Assembly: GCF_052425735.1 (NCBI RefSeq)
Contig: NC_135763.1
Location: 27,652,001-27,716,000, forward strand
From: Oculina patagonica
Lineage: Eukaryota
Direction of reading: 5' to 3'
Length of the DNA stretch: 64,000 nt
A program made the translations under genes and the position numbers. This document shows, piece by piece, positions 23,378 through 37,124 of this stretch; position 1 is the stretch's first letter; each line of letters starts with the position of its first letter. The notes beneath the pieces are model-generated. The model saw only the letters and a list, made by a program, of their open reading frames with translations. It was not told the DNA's origin and made no database searches.

Positions 23378-26300
23378 TGAAGAAGACGATGAAGACATTT
23401 GGGACAGTTGGGAAGATATGGCGGATTCTGGGGTAAGAATTGGCTAGATCGTGTTGATTTCATTACTTCGAATCGTTCATGCAATTGTGTTCACAACTGA
23501 CACTCACTTAGGTGCATAAAAATATAAGCATTCGTTTAATTTTCTATGAAAAATGTAAGCTAACTATGCTACCATCGGTAATTATCTAGTAATTTCAAAT
23601 ATTTGTGTGACTGGAAATTGCATTTTATGTGTATTATCTTCTTGTCTACAGTGTATTGTTTTCTTTACTTTAGTAGCGCGTTAGTTTTTTTTTTCTGGAT
23701 GCGAATTTCACCTGAAAAATTATTCAAACATTCTTTATTATTCTTGATCCAACCCAAAAATTACAATGCTCAAGCTTATTTTGAAACAAATTAATTTTCA
23801 TATTCAGGAATTGGAAAGACGAATGGAAGAAAGGGAGAAACAGGTCAGAGAAAAGGATCAGAAAGCTTCAAACACTTCAATAAAGTAAGATGAACAAAAC
23901 TAAATGTGCAAAAAAAAAATAATATTCTGTACAGTATCAATTGAAAAGATAGCACTGTTAATCTCTTCATATGAGCCCAGTAACAAGGCTGACTCGGTTA
24001 GTGGGATGAATTTTGTTTTCTTTTCATATGGGAAATTTCTGCCTGTTCACGGAGATGGATAGTTATGACAGGATCATCAAGGCGTTAAAGTTAAGGAACA
24101 AGCATTTTGCCTACTAAAGAGTGTTGCTTGTACATGTACATGTATTTCTTGTCACTGTATGTCTGAACACTTACAAATAGAACAACAGATAGAAGCCATC
24201 CTGGTCTAGAAAATTGTTGAAACCTGCCATGATACCTATTATTAGCCATCATTTCCTGGAAAAGTTTGTGGACTTGAAAAGAAATAGTCATCCCAGTAAC
24301 CAGGATGAAGTGTTCATAAGGGAAAATGTCCAGCCGGAGAGATTAAAAACCGAGATCTCTGTAACCGGGCTAGCCTGCGACCTGGTATGAACACATTAAT
24401 TTTTTTACAGAGGAAAATTAATAGTTGTAAGGCAAGATCTTGGAAGCCAGGCTCATATGGGGAGGCACTTAGTGTAGGGAGGTGTTTGTAGATCAGTTGA
24501 ATCATTGTCAGTGATTTTGTTTTCAGATACATGTACATGTATGCTTTCATCACATTGTTTTCTTTTGTACTTTGTTTTGAACAAAAAAAAAAGGAATTGG
24601 GCAAATTAAAAGGCCTCATCACAGTTTTCGATGCCATCTTGACGGGTAGGCAACGCAGTAAGAAATTACAGTATTTGTATTGGAATCCGAGGGCAAAAAC
24701 AACTTATGAATTGTAAAGTTAAGATACTAGCAAAAGTTTTTATTTGTGCAAGTTTAAAGGATGTAGCTGGGCTACAGTAGAAAACGTTCAGTTAGGTTTG
24801 TAATTTTCTACAAATTGACGCGGTTTGCGGGAAAAAGTATAGACAAAATTTAATGTCCAGGAGATTAAAAACATAACTGAACGCTTTTTAGCCCAGTTTC
24901 ATCCTTCAAACTTGCCAAATAAAAACTTTTGCGTAGTATCTAAACTTTACAATTCAGAAGTTGTCCAGAATTAAATTTTTGTAAAAGATATTTGCCTTCG
25001 GATTCCTATACAAACAATATAATTTCTACCCACTTTGCCTACTCGTCAAGATGGCATCAAAAACCATGATAAGGCCTATTAGTGAGCGTCAATAATTATT
25101 ATAGTGGTCCATGCAAAATTTTGTCTGATTAGGGAACCAAAAAAAATGCTCCTTTTTATCATGGAGCAGTTGGCCAGGTTTTCTTTAGTGCCGTTATTTC
25201 TATTCTGTGTGAAAGCACAAAGCAATGTGCATCAAAGTCTCTGAATTCCATGAAAGAGAACTTTATAAATGTTGAACAGTAATTAATTTATGTGATTAGA
25301 CAGTTTAGTTTGTAACGTCAATGTACCGGTAATATGCAGAATATTTTAATATTATTGTCTATATTAAAATACCAATCTAATCAAAATATTGCAAGACTCA
25401 TAAAAAATATGACAAATTATTCTACACACTCAAATGTCTAACACGACACATACATGTACATGTACATGTACATATATTTATTAGTGATGTGGTCTTATAC
25501 CTTACCTTAGGCAAAATATTCATGCAGTTTTGTTTTTGTTTTTTGTTTCATTTACTTTCAGATTACAAGAAGCTAAGACTGGCTCACCAGTTCTTATGCA
25601 AGAGGATACAAACAGAACTATTTACAAACCACAGGTATTATTTTAAAATGTTCACTGCAGGGCGTAAAATTAACTTTTTTCCCAGTAACCACTTGGCTCC
25701 CAAACATACCAAAATGGTAGCCAATTCCAAAAATTTGGTCGCCATTTTTTTTTTAAAAAAAATAAAACACTTCTCACTGTCATTTTATTAGATAGACCCT
25801 TTAAAATAAATCGTTTTCATCACATTTGCATTTACGTATTTCAATCTCGAATGGCTTTTGCGCACAAGAACTGGGACGACTTTTGGTGACATTACATGAA
25901 GTACCAGAGAACACCGCTGACCATATCAAAATAGACGCACGTACCACGTACGCAGCGAAGACTACACAATGTTTGACAGTGATTTGGCGATGTTTTGACT
26001 TCATCTATGGATTTAAACATTTCGTGTTGAACCATTTTGCCTTGTAAACTTCAATGCAATACAAAGAGCAATTTAGATAGAAAGCAAATATATTATGTGA
26101 CTGTTTGTGTGGCTTTGATGAAACTAAAAATGAAAGTTGCCCGCCTAAAATAACAACGCTCGATTTCAAACCATATCAGAGGTTTTCTTACAGTTTTGGG
26201 CAGATAAATAACCTTCAAAACTAATATACGGTATTTAGCTGAGATGTACATGTAAGATCTTTCGATAAAGCAAGAAGTTGTTGTGTATGTTGTGGTTTAA

Positions 26301-29300
26301 GGTCATTGCCCTGTATTGCATTGCGCATCCTTACTGCGCAGAATTTTACGCGTATTTAATGCGCGCGCGGGCGGAAATAAAAAAAATGGGGGGTTTTTTT
26401 TTTTGTGTGTTTGGGGGGGGGAGAAAATTATTTTTTTTTTTCTAAAATGTGTGTGTGTTTATTTTTTTTTTTTTTTTTTTTTTGGAGGGACAAAATATTT
26501 TTTTAAAAAAAAAAAAAAAAAAATTATTTTGTTTAAAAAAAAAATATTTTAAAAAAAAAGTGTTTTTCCCAGCACGCGGAGAAAAAATAAAAAAAATTTT
26601 TTTGATATATATTTTTTTCTCCCTTCATTTTGTCCTTNNNNNNNNNNNNNNNNNNNNNNNNNNNNNNNNNNNNNNNNNNNNNNNNNNNNNNNNNNNNNNN
26701 NNNNNNNNNNNNNNNNNNNNNNNNNNNNNNNNNNNNNNNNNNNNNNNNNNNNNNNNNNNNNNNNNNNNNNNNNNNNNNNNNNNNNNNNNNNNNNNNNNNN
26801 NNNNNNNNNNNNNNNNNNNNNNNNNNNNNNNNNNNNNNNNNNNNNNNNNNNNNNNNNNNNNNNNNNNNNNNNNNNNNNNNNNNNNNNNATTTTTTTTTTT
26901 ATGAGTTATGAAGTTTTTGATGAATAATTATTGGGCAATCCGATGCGATTTGAAGTCGATTGTGCGAATTCTAGTCGCCAATTTGGCGACCAACTTTCAG
27001 GATTTGGTCACCAAAGTGAAAAATTTAGTCACATTGGCACCTGTATTAGGCGCAATTTGACACCCTGCACTGACGTGAACAGCACTGATTAAAATAATCT
27101 GTAAGAATCTACAACAATGTATCATTTCACATACGGGTACATTATGTATACTTATACTTGACTGTATACTGTTTTGTACATGTTGTACGTCTTGTACATG
27201 TTTGTGAAATTTTACCAGTACTGTTGTTAACTGTTGTAAGAGTGTTTCAGATTCAAAAAAAATGTTTAGAATTGTCCTATCCACATGTACAAAGTTCTGT
27301 ACATGTACATGTATAGTGTATTTGTTCTGGTTCAAATTTATTTTTTGTTCAAAAAAGTTTTAAACCAGATTAGTTTTTATTTTTCTCATTTTCATTTTTT
27401 CTCATTCACTTTCATTATCATAATCTGAAACAGAGAAAAATAAAAATCAAATCAGTTAAATACATAGACTTAGTAAGTATTTGGGTTGGTAAGCTTGCAT
27501 TAATTTTGTCTATCAGTGTGACAGTGCATGGTAGCTGCTGCTCACCAGTTTTCCATGGATTAAGGATTATTAATAAACGTAGATTTTTAACTTTACTGTA
27601 GTATATTCAAGAGGGCCACAAATTTATTAGTTGAAAAACTGTTACTTGCACTCTCGTAAAATAAAGTTTTGATTGTACTGTATGATTGATTGCACTTGGT
27701 GCTTGCCAGAGTCATGCGTGGCTCCACCATTTATGTATCTACACCTTCTCCAAACTCAGCTATTAGCAATAAATTTAACATGTACAAGTATGTTAAATGT
27801 AAGAGAGTATTATTATTTTTTTATATATGTAGTTAAGAATTTTAAAGAGGCCAGATTCTGGTGGCACAAATCACACAAACAACCAGGGATCATCCAAGGA
27901 CAAGCCTGCACATAAAACTTTGGCCGAAAGACAAGCACAGTATGCGGAAGCCAGGTACAATTGAGTGTATATTATGCAGACAAACAAGCGGCGCTTTGTT
28001 GTGGATAATTGTAATAAGACTGAATTTTTGCTTCTGTGGATTGTTTATGTTGGTTTTAACTCATTTACTTTCCCTTTTACATTGCACTGTATGTTGATTT
28101 TGTAATAACAAGAGAGAAACAAAAAAATATATTTAAAAGTTTATTCTACTGTATGTTGTACATGTATTTCCATGTAGTTAAAACAACTACAAGGGCCTAC
28201 ATGAAGTACATGTACGGGTAATTCTACTCTGTAGAATTGTAGCCGTGTGTATTTTTTTTTTTTTTTTCCTGTTGTTTTACTTTCTCTTTTTTTCTAGAGC
28301 AAGAATCTTGGGAGCTGCATCAGATGAAAACAATGAGTCAGAGTAAGAATTTGCTTGACATACCTTATATTCACCAACTGTTATCAAACATTCTACAGTA
28401 AACACCCGCGTGTAGGAACCTACAATTTTTTAATTTTGGAAAATAGTTTTTTTTTTTTGGGGGTTTTTTTTTTTATNNNNNNNNNNNNNNNNNNNNNNNN
28501 NNNNNNNNNNNNNNNNNNNNNNNNNNNNNNNNNNNNNNNNNNNNNNNNNNNNNNNNNNNNNNNNNNNNNNNNNNNNNNNNNNNNNNNNNNNNNNNNNNNN
28601 NNNNNNNNNNNNNNNNNNNNNNNNNNNNNNNNNNNNNNNNNNNNNNNNNNNNNNNNNNNNNNNNNNNNNNNNNNNNNNNNNNNNNNNNNNNNNNNNNNNN
28701 NNNNNNNNNNNNNNNNNNNNNNNNNNNNNNNNNNNNNNNNNNNNNNNNNNNTTTTTACTTTTTTTTTGGGGGGTTTACTTACTTGGTTTATACCTGCTGT
28801 ACATGTGTAGGGGTCAGTACAGTGCAAATTTTGACTGGGGATAGACAAGCACTGCCACTTACATGCACACAAGGTGCACCGTCCTCAACTTCCACTTCTA
28901 GACTACACGACCCAACAAGCGTGAGGTGAAAATGAGCACAAGTTGCTGTCATCTGAGGGTGAGACACGCAATTTCCCACGGCCATGTTTTACACTCACAT
29001 TATTATCAGACCCAGGTTGCCACAACCCCCCCCCCAACCCCCCCCCCCCAACTCCACTCCCTCGACACTTTTGTTAGGTTTCCGTAATAATTTGCCAGTA
29101 TCACTTTATACTTCCTGGTGGGAAAGAGGCAATGTAATAGTACATTGTCTTACCCAAATACAGCACCTGGACTGCTTTAGCCGAGATCCAATGTGACAAC
29201 CTGTACGCCACTATGTCTGCGAAATGTTATTGTTTCACTTACAGGTAGTGACTCAGAGTTTGTAAAACAAAACAAAAAAGGCATACTGTTACAGAAACGT

Positions 29301-30968
29301 AGAAAAATTAACATCGTTCACATAAAATTATATCAACACTGACATTTTACAACTTGGTCACAGTACTCTCTTAACCACAAATACCGTACATGTACATGGT
29401 TTATCAGTCGACCGATTGGTTGAGTCGCGGGAAAACTGGGTATTACAATTCGATTGTGTCGCGGGAGCTTTGGGTATTATTTAGGTCGATCGATCGAGTC
29501 ACTTCAGCGAATTTTAGCTTATTCGCAAACTGAAACACTAAAATATACTGATCTTTTCTGGGGTTTACTTCTAAATCAAAGCAATTTCAGTTTGTCTCGA
29601 ATCGACTTTACAAGTGTCTCAGTTTGTCTCGAAACGACTTTACTTGTGTCTCAAATCGACCTCGACTTGTCTCGGAACGACTTGTCTCGAAAAGATTTTG
29701 TCTCGAAACGACCGGATACCATGTACATGTATTAACTACTGACCTTCCAAAATCCTATTGTTCTCTCTCTCTGCAATATATCAACGATTGCAGCCATGAA
29801 CCACAACATCAGTGTGTGCGCAACTGAAATCGTCGATGTAATGCAGAGAGAGAAAAATAGTTTTTGAGGAGGGTCAATAACGCTGTAAGCCTCAGTAATT
29901 ATCTATTAAATATTTCATCGTTCAGTGTTATTTGCTATTCTTTAAACCACAATAGGAAAGATGGCATGCCACAAGCAATACAAGTTGAACAGAAACTTCC
30001 AGAAAACGTTATTCGACTACCAAGGTACAAAGTGTGCATGTAATGCTCGTTAGTAAGATTTTTTTTTTTTTTTGCTCGTTAGTAAGATGCATTTTACATG
30101 TGGGGGGCCTTAAATTTCTATATTCAGGGCTCAAATTTGACTAACTTTTTGCTAACTAGCCTAGTAAGTGACACCTTTGATTTCACCTAGCCAAAACCAA
30201 TTTTCTACTAGCCAGAACTTTCGAAGCATGGTTTTCTTTTAATTTTTGTTCTCCCATAATTACGGGCATTATTTTTTTGTTTTGTTAGACAAAGTCTGTG
30301 TTAACTCACGAAAAGAACAAAAACTTGCTTGTTTTCATGGAGGCACTTTGCTGTCTTCATTGGGTCTTTCCCTCGCTCCTACCCACTGCAGAATAATCTC
30401 GGGTATCCAACGTAACCGAATCTTAAATGTGTACATGACAGCTTTTTTTTAAAGCGTCCACGTACGCGACCTCTCACCCTCGTTGTTCATGCAACCTTAC
30501 CCGATCACTGATAAGCACTTAAAAAACTTTTTTTACGGGAGGCTCCGCCCCAAGCTTTTCCCCTTACCCTTTTATATACCATTTTGACAGAAATTGTACC
30601 CCTTTCGTATACCTTTTACCGAAAAAGGTACCCTTTTCATATACCTTAAAGACATGGCATAGACTTAGAACAGGACGTTTTCTTGTCATTTTCAGTGCAC
30701 CTGTTCGAAATATTTTAATTAATTCATTTTCATACCCTTTTGGTTACCCAAACTTATGAAATCGCTACCCTTTTATATACCTGAAGCCTGAAAAAGGTAC
30801 CCCTTTCGGGCGGAACCTCCCCGTATCGCCATTATATGGAGTACCCCCCCCCCCCCCGGTCTTTTCCCCCCCTCCCTCCTCTTCGTTTTACTCCGCCTCA
30901 TATTTTACTTGCATTTTCTTAGGGGTCCTGATCACAATGGCTCTAAAGGGTTTGAAGCCACGAGGTGA
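23370..30968 (+). CDS. SZRD1: SUZ RNA-binding domain-containing protein 1 homologue
   Basis: Exons 23370-23432, 23808-23884, 25562-25634, 27833-27954, 28298-28342, 29956-30024 and 30923-30968, phase-compatible. Reads MAAEEDDEDIWDSWEDMADSG/ELERRMEE.../...PQ/LRILKRP...KTLAERQAQYAEAR/ARILG.../...NVIRLPR/GPDHNGSKGFEATR*, i.e. SUZ plus SUZ-C motifs. An extra exon at 28818-28925 or in the gap is possible. Confidence 0.92.
25658..27067. mobile_element. Non-autonomous DNA transposon with CAGGG termini in SZRD1 intron 3
   Basis: cagggcgtaaaatt ... aatttgacaccctg, flanked on both sides by cactg. Internal N-gap and low-quality sequence. Related CAGGGC-ended pieces at ~21397-21610 and ~30125. Confidence 0.55.
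29560..29720. repeat. Short tandem subrepeats (ttgtctcgaaacgact) at the end of a MITE
   Basis: At least 6 imperfect copies, ending in gaaacgaccggatacc. Confidence 0.6.
30535..30859. mobile_element. MITE fragment with poly-C end (family related to 10152-10626)
   Basis: Repeated aaaaaggtacccct/tataccttt units ending ggagtacccccccc...gg. Confidence 0.55.
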
Positions 30969-32239
30969 AAACTGGTACACAGTGCCAATAATGTCAACTA
31001 TAACAGGGTGTTTTATCGGAACTACGCGACAAACAAAGAACTTCTATGTGCATTGGATCTGAAACTACGGCCCCCGAATTGTTTGGTGCTTATACTTATG
31101 TATAAATGTGGCAGCCGTTCAAATAATTCAGACAAGATCTGTGGTATTTGTGGGAAAATTTGGTACACAAGCTGTTTACATGTATATGTATCATCGCATT
31201 GCGGAATAATCGTTTGTTTGTGACAATCTTATTGGGGAAATGTACACAAGAACGGAATGACTTTCTGGTTCACGTGATGCTACACCGCGTTCACGTGTTG
31301 CGGCGGGTTTTACAGGAACGCACAGAACCAGTTTCACATGGCGAAACTTGTAGTTCACGTGTCATGAATCTAACGGCACGTGAAATTGCAATGAATCGCA
31401 TTGGACATCGTAGCATCTCATTCACGCTTTAACAACGGAGCACTTTGACTCCACGAAGAGAATAGCAAAAAGATAAGAATGTCACTGTGAACTCTGCTAA
31501 CAAAAATGGTTGTTATCCATGGCTTGCGTAGATAGCCTGGGAATGCACAATGTACATGTACGAGAGCGTTTGAAAGGGGAAAAGACCCTACGAGAAGGAA
31601 TAAGAAACTCCTCATTAACTAAAAGGCAACTCGTTGCCATGAACTGCTCCTTCATCTGATTCGGGTTTCATTACTGTACGACATGTTTCCTCAACAATGT
31701 GCTATTCAATCGCATTGATAAATCACAAACTGGATCAAGCTTAAACGATAGAAGTTTATTTGGCATCAATCCTTCTGAACGCAACCGATTTTTTTTTTTT
31801 TTTTACTTTGTTCTAATCCGTTCTTTCGTTACAGTCAGTTTTCTGACTTGTAAGACCATTTTCGACGAAAACCACGGTCCTACGATCCTGGTCTAAATTT
31901 GGAAAAAAGAATGACGTGGTCAAAAGGATTTACTTTTCAGTTTTTCCAGACTGCCTCGTGTAAGTGACTCTATTGTGGATGTGTATTTCCACTGCTCTTT
32001 CAAATCAGGTCTTCGGAGATGAAATGCGGGCTCATTTTTTCCGATCAGCGGCTGTAATCGAGCTTTGTTGATGTTGGGACCAAGGAAGGTCTTGTAGCGT
32101 TTACTTGTTTAGCCCAGGCCTACAACCAGGCTCTCCACTTGGAGATCAGATAGGCAAATGGATATGAGGGAAGAACTTCATGTAAGCCAAAGCGGAAAAG
32201 AACTTCTCTCTTGCCCCTCCCCACTCCCCTCTTCTTATC

Positions 32240-32647
32240 TTAAAGGGACTATGTCACGGATTTTACCAGATTTTCAAACAGCCAAATTTTTTATTTGTGT
32301 CGCAGGAAACCCTAGTCGATTTTTGAGGTGCCATTTTATAAAAATTGCTACATGTATATTAGAGCACTGAAATTGTTAACGAACATCTTTGCAATTGGCT
32401 ACGGATGGCTCGGATGGAAACTGATTGCAACTTTAAAAAGTAAAGCAAAGCTTGCTCTTTCAAGTTGTTTCCAAACGTCTTCAGAAAAAACGATATTTAT
32501 AGCCGTAGCTTGATTTCTATCCGCAAATTTAGGTTTTATCTTCATTTAGATGTTCAAAGTGATAATGATTTAAATGGGTTAAGTTGCCTACTACTAATTT
32601 CAGAACAGGTTAGACCAAAAATCTGCGAAATCCCCGTGACATAGCTT
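32240..32647. mobile_element. Kolobok-like MITE
   Basis: ttaa|agggactatgtcacgg ... ccgtgacatagc imperfect TIRs. Confidence 0.55.
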
Positions 32648-33123
32648 ATTTCATCCTGAGTGGACAGGCTGCTTGCAGTCTGGTGTAGTGTTCAATGTAA
32701 AATTATTCATTCGTGTCAGACAGGATACTTGCTGTGCGCTTGACAGCCATATCCTCCAAACTGCTGCTGTTTAAATTGTGAAATAAACTTGATGTAGCTG
32801 AAATTAGTTTACTGTTTTTGTTAATGATAAGCAGAATTGGCACTTTCTACCGTTTTTGGCCTGTGAGCGGTCTTGCTTTTGGTTTGAACACCTAGGGCAC
32901 CATCGCGCAAAGAGAGAGAAGAGGTCCAAAAATGAAAATTTTCTGAAAACAGCGAATGTTTCCCAATATACAGGCTATGAACAACCTTGGGTATCAGATG
33001 TTTGAGACAAAGTACTCAACCGGCCAAACGATCGATTGTTGGCAATGGTTCAAAATATCCGGCCGAACAGGTCCTTTACAGCATATGCAGCCTTTGAGTA
33101 ATCCCCTGCGCTTGACTTGGACT

Positions 33124-33272
33124 CCTGCCTCCAGTTGTTCAAAAAGTGGATTACGCTATCCACCGGATAAATCACTGTCCAGTAGATAGCGCGGTATGTC
33201 TTGTTAACACTTACAGTATCCACCCGATAGCGATTTATCAGGTCGATTATCCAGCCTTTGAACACCTGGGCC
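33124..33272. mobile_element. Small MITE (ccagttgttcaaa...tttgaacacctgg) with tatccaccggata subrepeats
   Basis: Imperfect TIRs and repeated tatcca(c/g) motifs. Confidence 0.65.
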
Positions 33273-34080
33273 CCGGTGTCCGATTGTCCTACTCGATGAT
33301 GAAGGGCATAATGCCCAATACGTGCTGTTACGGTAAAATTCGTTTTAGCGTGCCAAGGTTATAAACAGCCTTATGCGCATCATTTAGAGAACTATTTCTC
33401 GGCTACTGTTAGGCCCCATTTACATGAAAAGAGGATGTTCCTAGCACTAGGATCCTCCTTCTTTTATGAAAAAAAAGAGAGGGGGGGTGTTCCTCTCACT
33501 GTGCTTTTCTCCTGGCGGGGGGGATACACCCCCCCACAAAAAAAAAAAAAAAAAAAAAAATATTTTGTTTTTGTTTTTTTTTTTTTATTTTTTTTTTTTT
33601 TTTATTTTTTTTTTTTTTTTTATAAAAAGGAGGATGTTCTTGTTTCTTTCCTCCTTTTCTATAAAAAACCCCCCTAGTTAATAATTCCAAATGGTCGAAA
33701 AATATCATTGCATGCAAGGTTTTTGATACCTATCGCTCCACGACCCAAAAGAGCCCAATGAGCAGATGGTTTGAAATGTCTGCAAGTAAGTTGTTTATTG
33801 TACATATGTATGTACAACCTCTATGATTTATGATTTGGAGACCTGGTGTACCACAGGCCAACATTTCGATTTTGGACAAATGACCTATGTCCTCCGCAAT
33901 GTATGACGTACCACTTTTCAAATGGCTTATTTTCGGTTGATGGTGCGCAAATGTTCTCGACGATTTTGGTCCGATGACAGAAAAAGTGAACACTAACTCA
34001 AATTGCCAAAGGATGCGAGAGTATAAAAAAGGGGGAAGGATTATAATCACATGTTCCAGCCAAACAGAGAAAATAAAATA

Positions 34081-34465
34081 CCGTATTTATTCGATTAAGC
34101 GCCCAACCTCGAATAAGCGCCCACCTCGAATAAGCCCCTTTACCCTGCAGGTAGGAAAGGTTAATAAGCGCCAAGCCTTGAATTAGCCCCCCCCCCCCCC
34201 CCCCCCCCATATTACTATTGAAACTGCGGGTGAAATTGACTATTTACTACTAAGAGACTTCCTCGAAGACCGAGTTTTCTCAGTATTTGGTTGCTTGCTT
34301 TGGTACATCTTCACGTCTTATTATCATTCATTGTTTTGCTGCAAAATGAACTAACTACTTGCTAAAAATGGTGAGAATTTTATAAGCACCCAGTCTCGAA
34401 TAAGCGCGCACTCTCAAGGTCCAATAATGTAATAAGCGCCCAAGGCGCTAATCGAATAAATACGG
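34081..34465. mobile_element. Tc1/mariner-pogo-type MITE
   Basis: TA|ccgtatttattcgattaagcgcc ... ggcgctaatcgaataaatacgg|TA, with internal aataagcgcc repeats. Confidence 0.85.
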
Positions 34466-34817
34466 TATTTGACTAAAATGAACATAACATGCACATATTC
34501 CAACTGGCAGGAGGCGGACTCAAGCCCAGTCAACTTTATTTCACACTATTCACACGAATAATAAATATTGAAAGCGACTAAAGAGATTTATATGTATACG
34601 GTGTATATAGAGCAGTTTTCAATTGAGTGTCGTAAAACCAAAACCAAAGTAATTACTCTGGCCAATCAAAAAAAAAAAAAAAAATCCAGTAAACCAATTA
34701 AAACTCAAATTAAAAAATTTTAGCCGGCAAAAAGGGGGGGAAAACGTACCCAAGGGGGCCCCGTTTGTTTTTTTTTTTTTTTTTGTTTGGGTGAAAAAGG
34801 GGGGCGAAATTTTTAAC

Positions 34818-34857
<40 letters not shown>

Positions 34858-34987
34858 ATTTTTTTTCCACCCCAAAAAAAAAAAACCCCTAGTGATCAAA
34901 GTTGCAAAAGCGTTTGGGTTGCTATCACAAGTACCTTAATTTCAAGGAAAACCAAGAGTACAACTCTTCATGATAAACGCCCAGACT

Positions 34988-37124
34988 CTACAAGACTGAC
35001 TCACGAAGGTCTTTAAATGGTGGCCACACACTGAATGGCAGCCACATTTCTTCGATATCTTTCCAAAGTTCATAATCAGTCAAGTAATTTTTGTTTTCTT
35101 GATTGCTGTCTTTTGGTTGGTCTTCCATCGCACATTTCAATTCCGCCGCCTTCTTTAACGACGAAAGCTGTGAAATATTGGAAATTTTCCTTTCACCTCT
35201 CTGACTGCTTGTTGACGACGCCCTCCTTTTTCTTCCAGCAAAGATCTCTAAATAAAAATCTCGGACATCGTCATTTCTCTTTCCACCAACATTGAAGAAG
35301 TAAATAAAAGGATTACACATCGAATTAGCCAGGCCCAGACCGTACATTCCTAGTCTAGCACCATCCATGGGATTAGGAAATCCCCTTAGTTTTCTCTCTA
35401 TAAAACCACAGTAGATCACAAATGGCGCCCAGCATATCAGAAAGACCAACACGACAATGAGCAATACACGAGTGACCCTTTTTCTCGATTGCACCAACAC
35501 CTTAAGGTTAGTCTTGTGTCCACTTATTGTAGATGTGATGGAAAGATTCCTTTGTCGTCTCCAAACAACTCTTGCAACTTTGTAATACAAGATGCTCATC
35601 GTCAGCAAGGGCAGAGCAAAGGACGCCACCGACAAAAACATCAAGTATGCTATTCCAGATGAGGTGTTGTTTGGCACAGTGGTGCAGTAATACACTGTCT
35701 TGTTCCCTTCCAAGGTGATGGGCTTTACGTCAGCGAAATAAAACGTAGGTATGAATTGTAGAATGGAGTAGAACCACGCGAGAGGAATTAACCAGTAAGG
35801 CGTAAGAAATTTTGGTCGGAAGGTAATGGAGGCCATTGGTCTCGCCAGAGACAAGTAGCGATCTATGCTTATTGTTGTTAGGAGAGCGATGGAAATTGTT
35901 GGAGCCAGGTACTAATAGAAAAGGAAACCAAGTTATTTACAAAATTTGCTACTACTGGGATCTGTAATTTGGATAAGAATGTCACTGCAAGCTAGAGGTT
36001 TCCGTCAATTGTCACAGACCATAGAATTGTCACAGCCCATAGAAACAAACTGACAAACTAACCGCTTAAACGAGCTCCCGGGGGGGGGGGGGGGTGCGGG
36101 AACAGCTACGTCACGGACAACGCACTGAAAAAATGGCAAGTTCATCAAGTTTGTCGATCGTATCCGTCTATCTTGTCAGTTAAACCATCCTATTTTCGCT
36201 ATTTCGTTGCTCATTTTCACTTTAACTATTTTGAGGTTTTCTTCATTTGAAAGTGATCAGAAAAATAACTAAAAATACGTGAAATAGCTCCTTTAAGCGC
36301 TATCCAGGTGCAGTTCTAAAAGAACAGTTCTTTAGGTTGGTATAATCGTCAAAAAGTGGGCATCCGTTAAAAACGTTTGAACAGGGATTTTTCTATTCGA
36401 TCTCTTTTCTGCACGATCTCATTCTGATTGGTCTACGTGGAGCATGCGCGTACAAGTTTCTTTCTTCCAATCTTCCCAGTGCCGCTGGAAGTAAGAATGC
36501 AAGATGAGTGCAGTGACGTTGGAAGGACTAGACTACATTTTTTGCCTTTCACAATCATCTTTTCTTTTCTTACAGTCGTAGTTNNNNNNNNNNNNNNNNN
36601 NNNNNNNNNNNNNNNNNNNNNNNNNNNNNNNNNNNNNNNNNNNNNNNNNNNNNNNNNNNNNNNNNNNNNNNNNNNNNNNNNNNNNNNNNNNNNNNNNNNN
36701 NNNNNNNNNNNNNNNNNNNNNNNNNNNNNNNNNTTAACCTACTTTCTGTTAGCTTCAAAATTAAACATTTTACCTGTACAAATCTCGAAAGCTTGCAGAT
36801 GCCATTATCCATGGAACTGTATCGTGTTGGGTAGTGGAAATTGCTGAAGATGGTGAGTGGTATACACAGCAAGCATACCATCAGATCAGAGATTGCCAAG
36901 TGCAGTAAAAACAATTGTACGCTGGACTTGTGTCCTCGCCGGCGCAGGATTGTCACAACAGTCACAACAAATCCATTACCAATGGAACCAATTATTGCCA
37001 CGAATCCTAAGAAAAATCGAAGAACATTTTTAACTAATAAGCCACATTGGACAGTTGCAAATCGCTACCTAAGCCGTAATGCGGTAGTACGGTCCCAGCG
37101 CTTGACTTTTTCCTTGTTGTACAT
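34988..37124 (-). CDS. Two-exon class A GPCR, neuropeptide-receptor-like (CCK/orexin/QRFP-receptor-like); start uncertain, possibly pseudogenised
   Basis: Exon to 36774 (TM1-TM2: GNGFV, HLAISDL, GICKLSRFVQ|gtaaaa) splices in phase 0 to 35911-34988 (SIDRY, CWAP, NPFIY). The in-frame ATG at 37124 is followed by TAG at 37067-37065. Confidence 0.85.

Noticed and set aside
26370-26640. Homopolymer-rich tracts (also 33470-33680, 34665-34890, 58735-58890) and their poly-F/K ORFs
   Set aside because: Typical of degraded read ends next to gaps or long homopolymers; not treated as biology.
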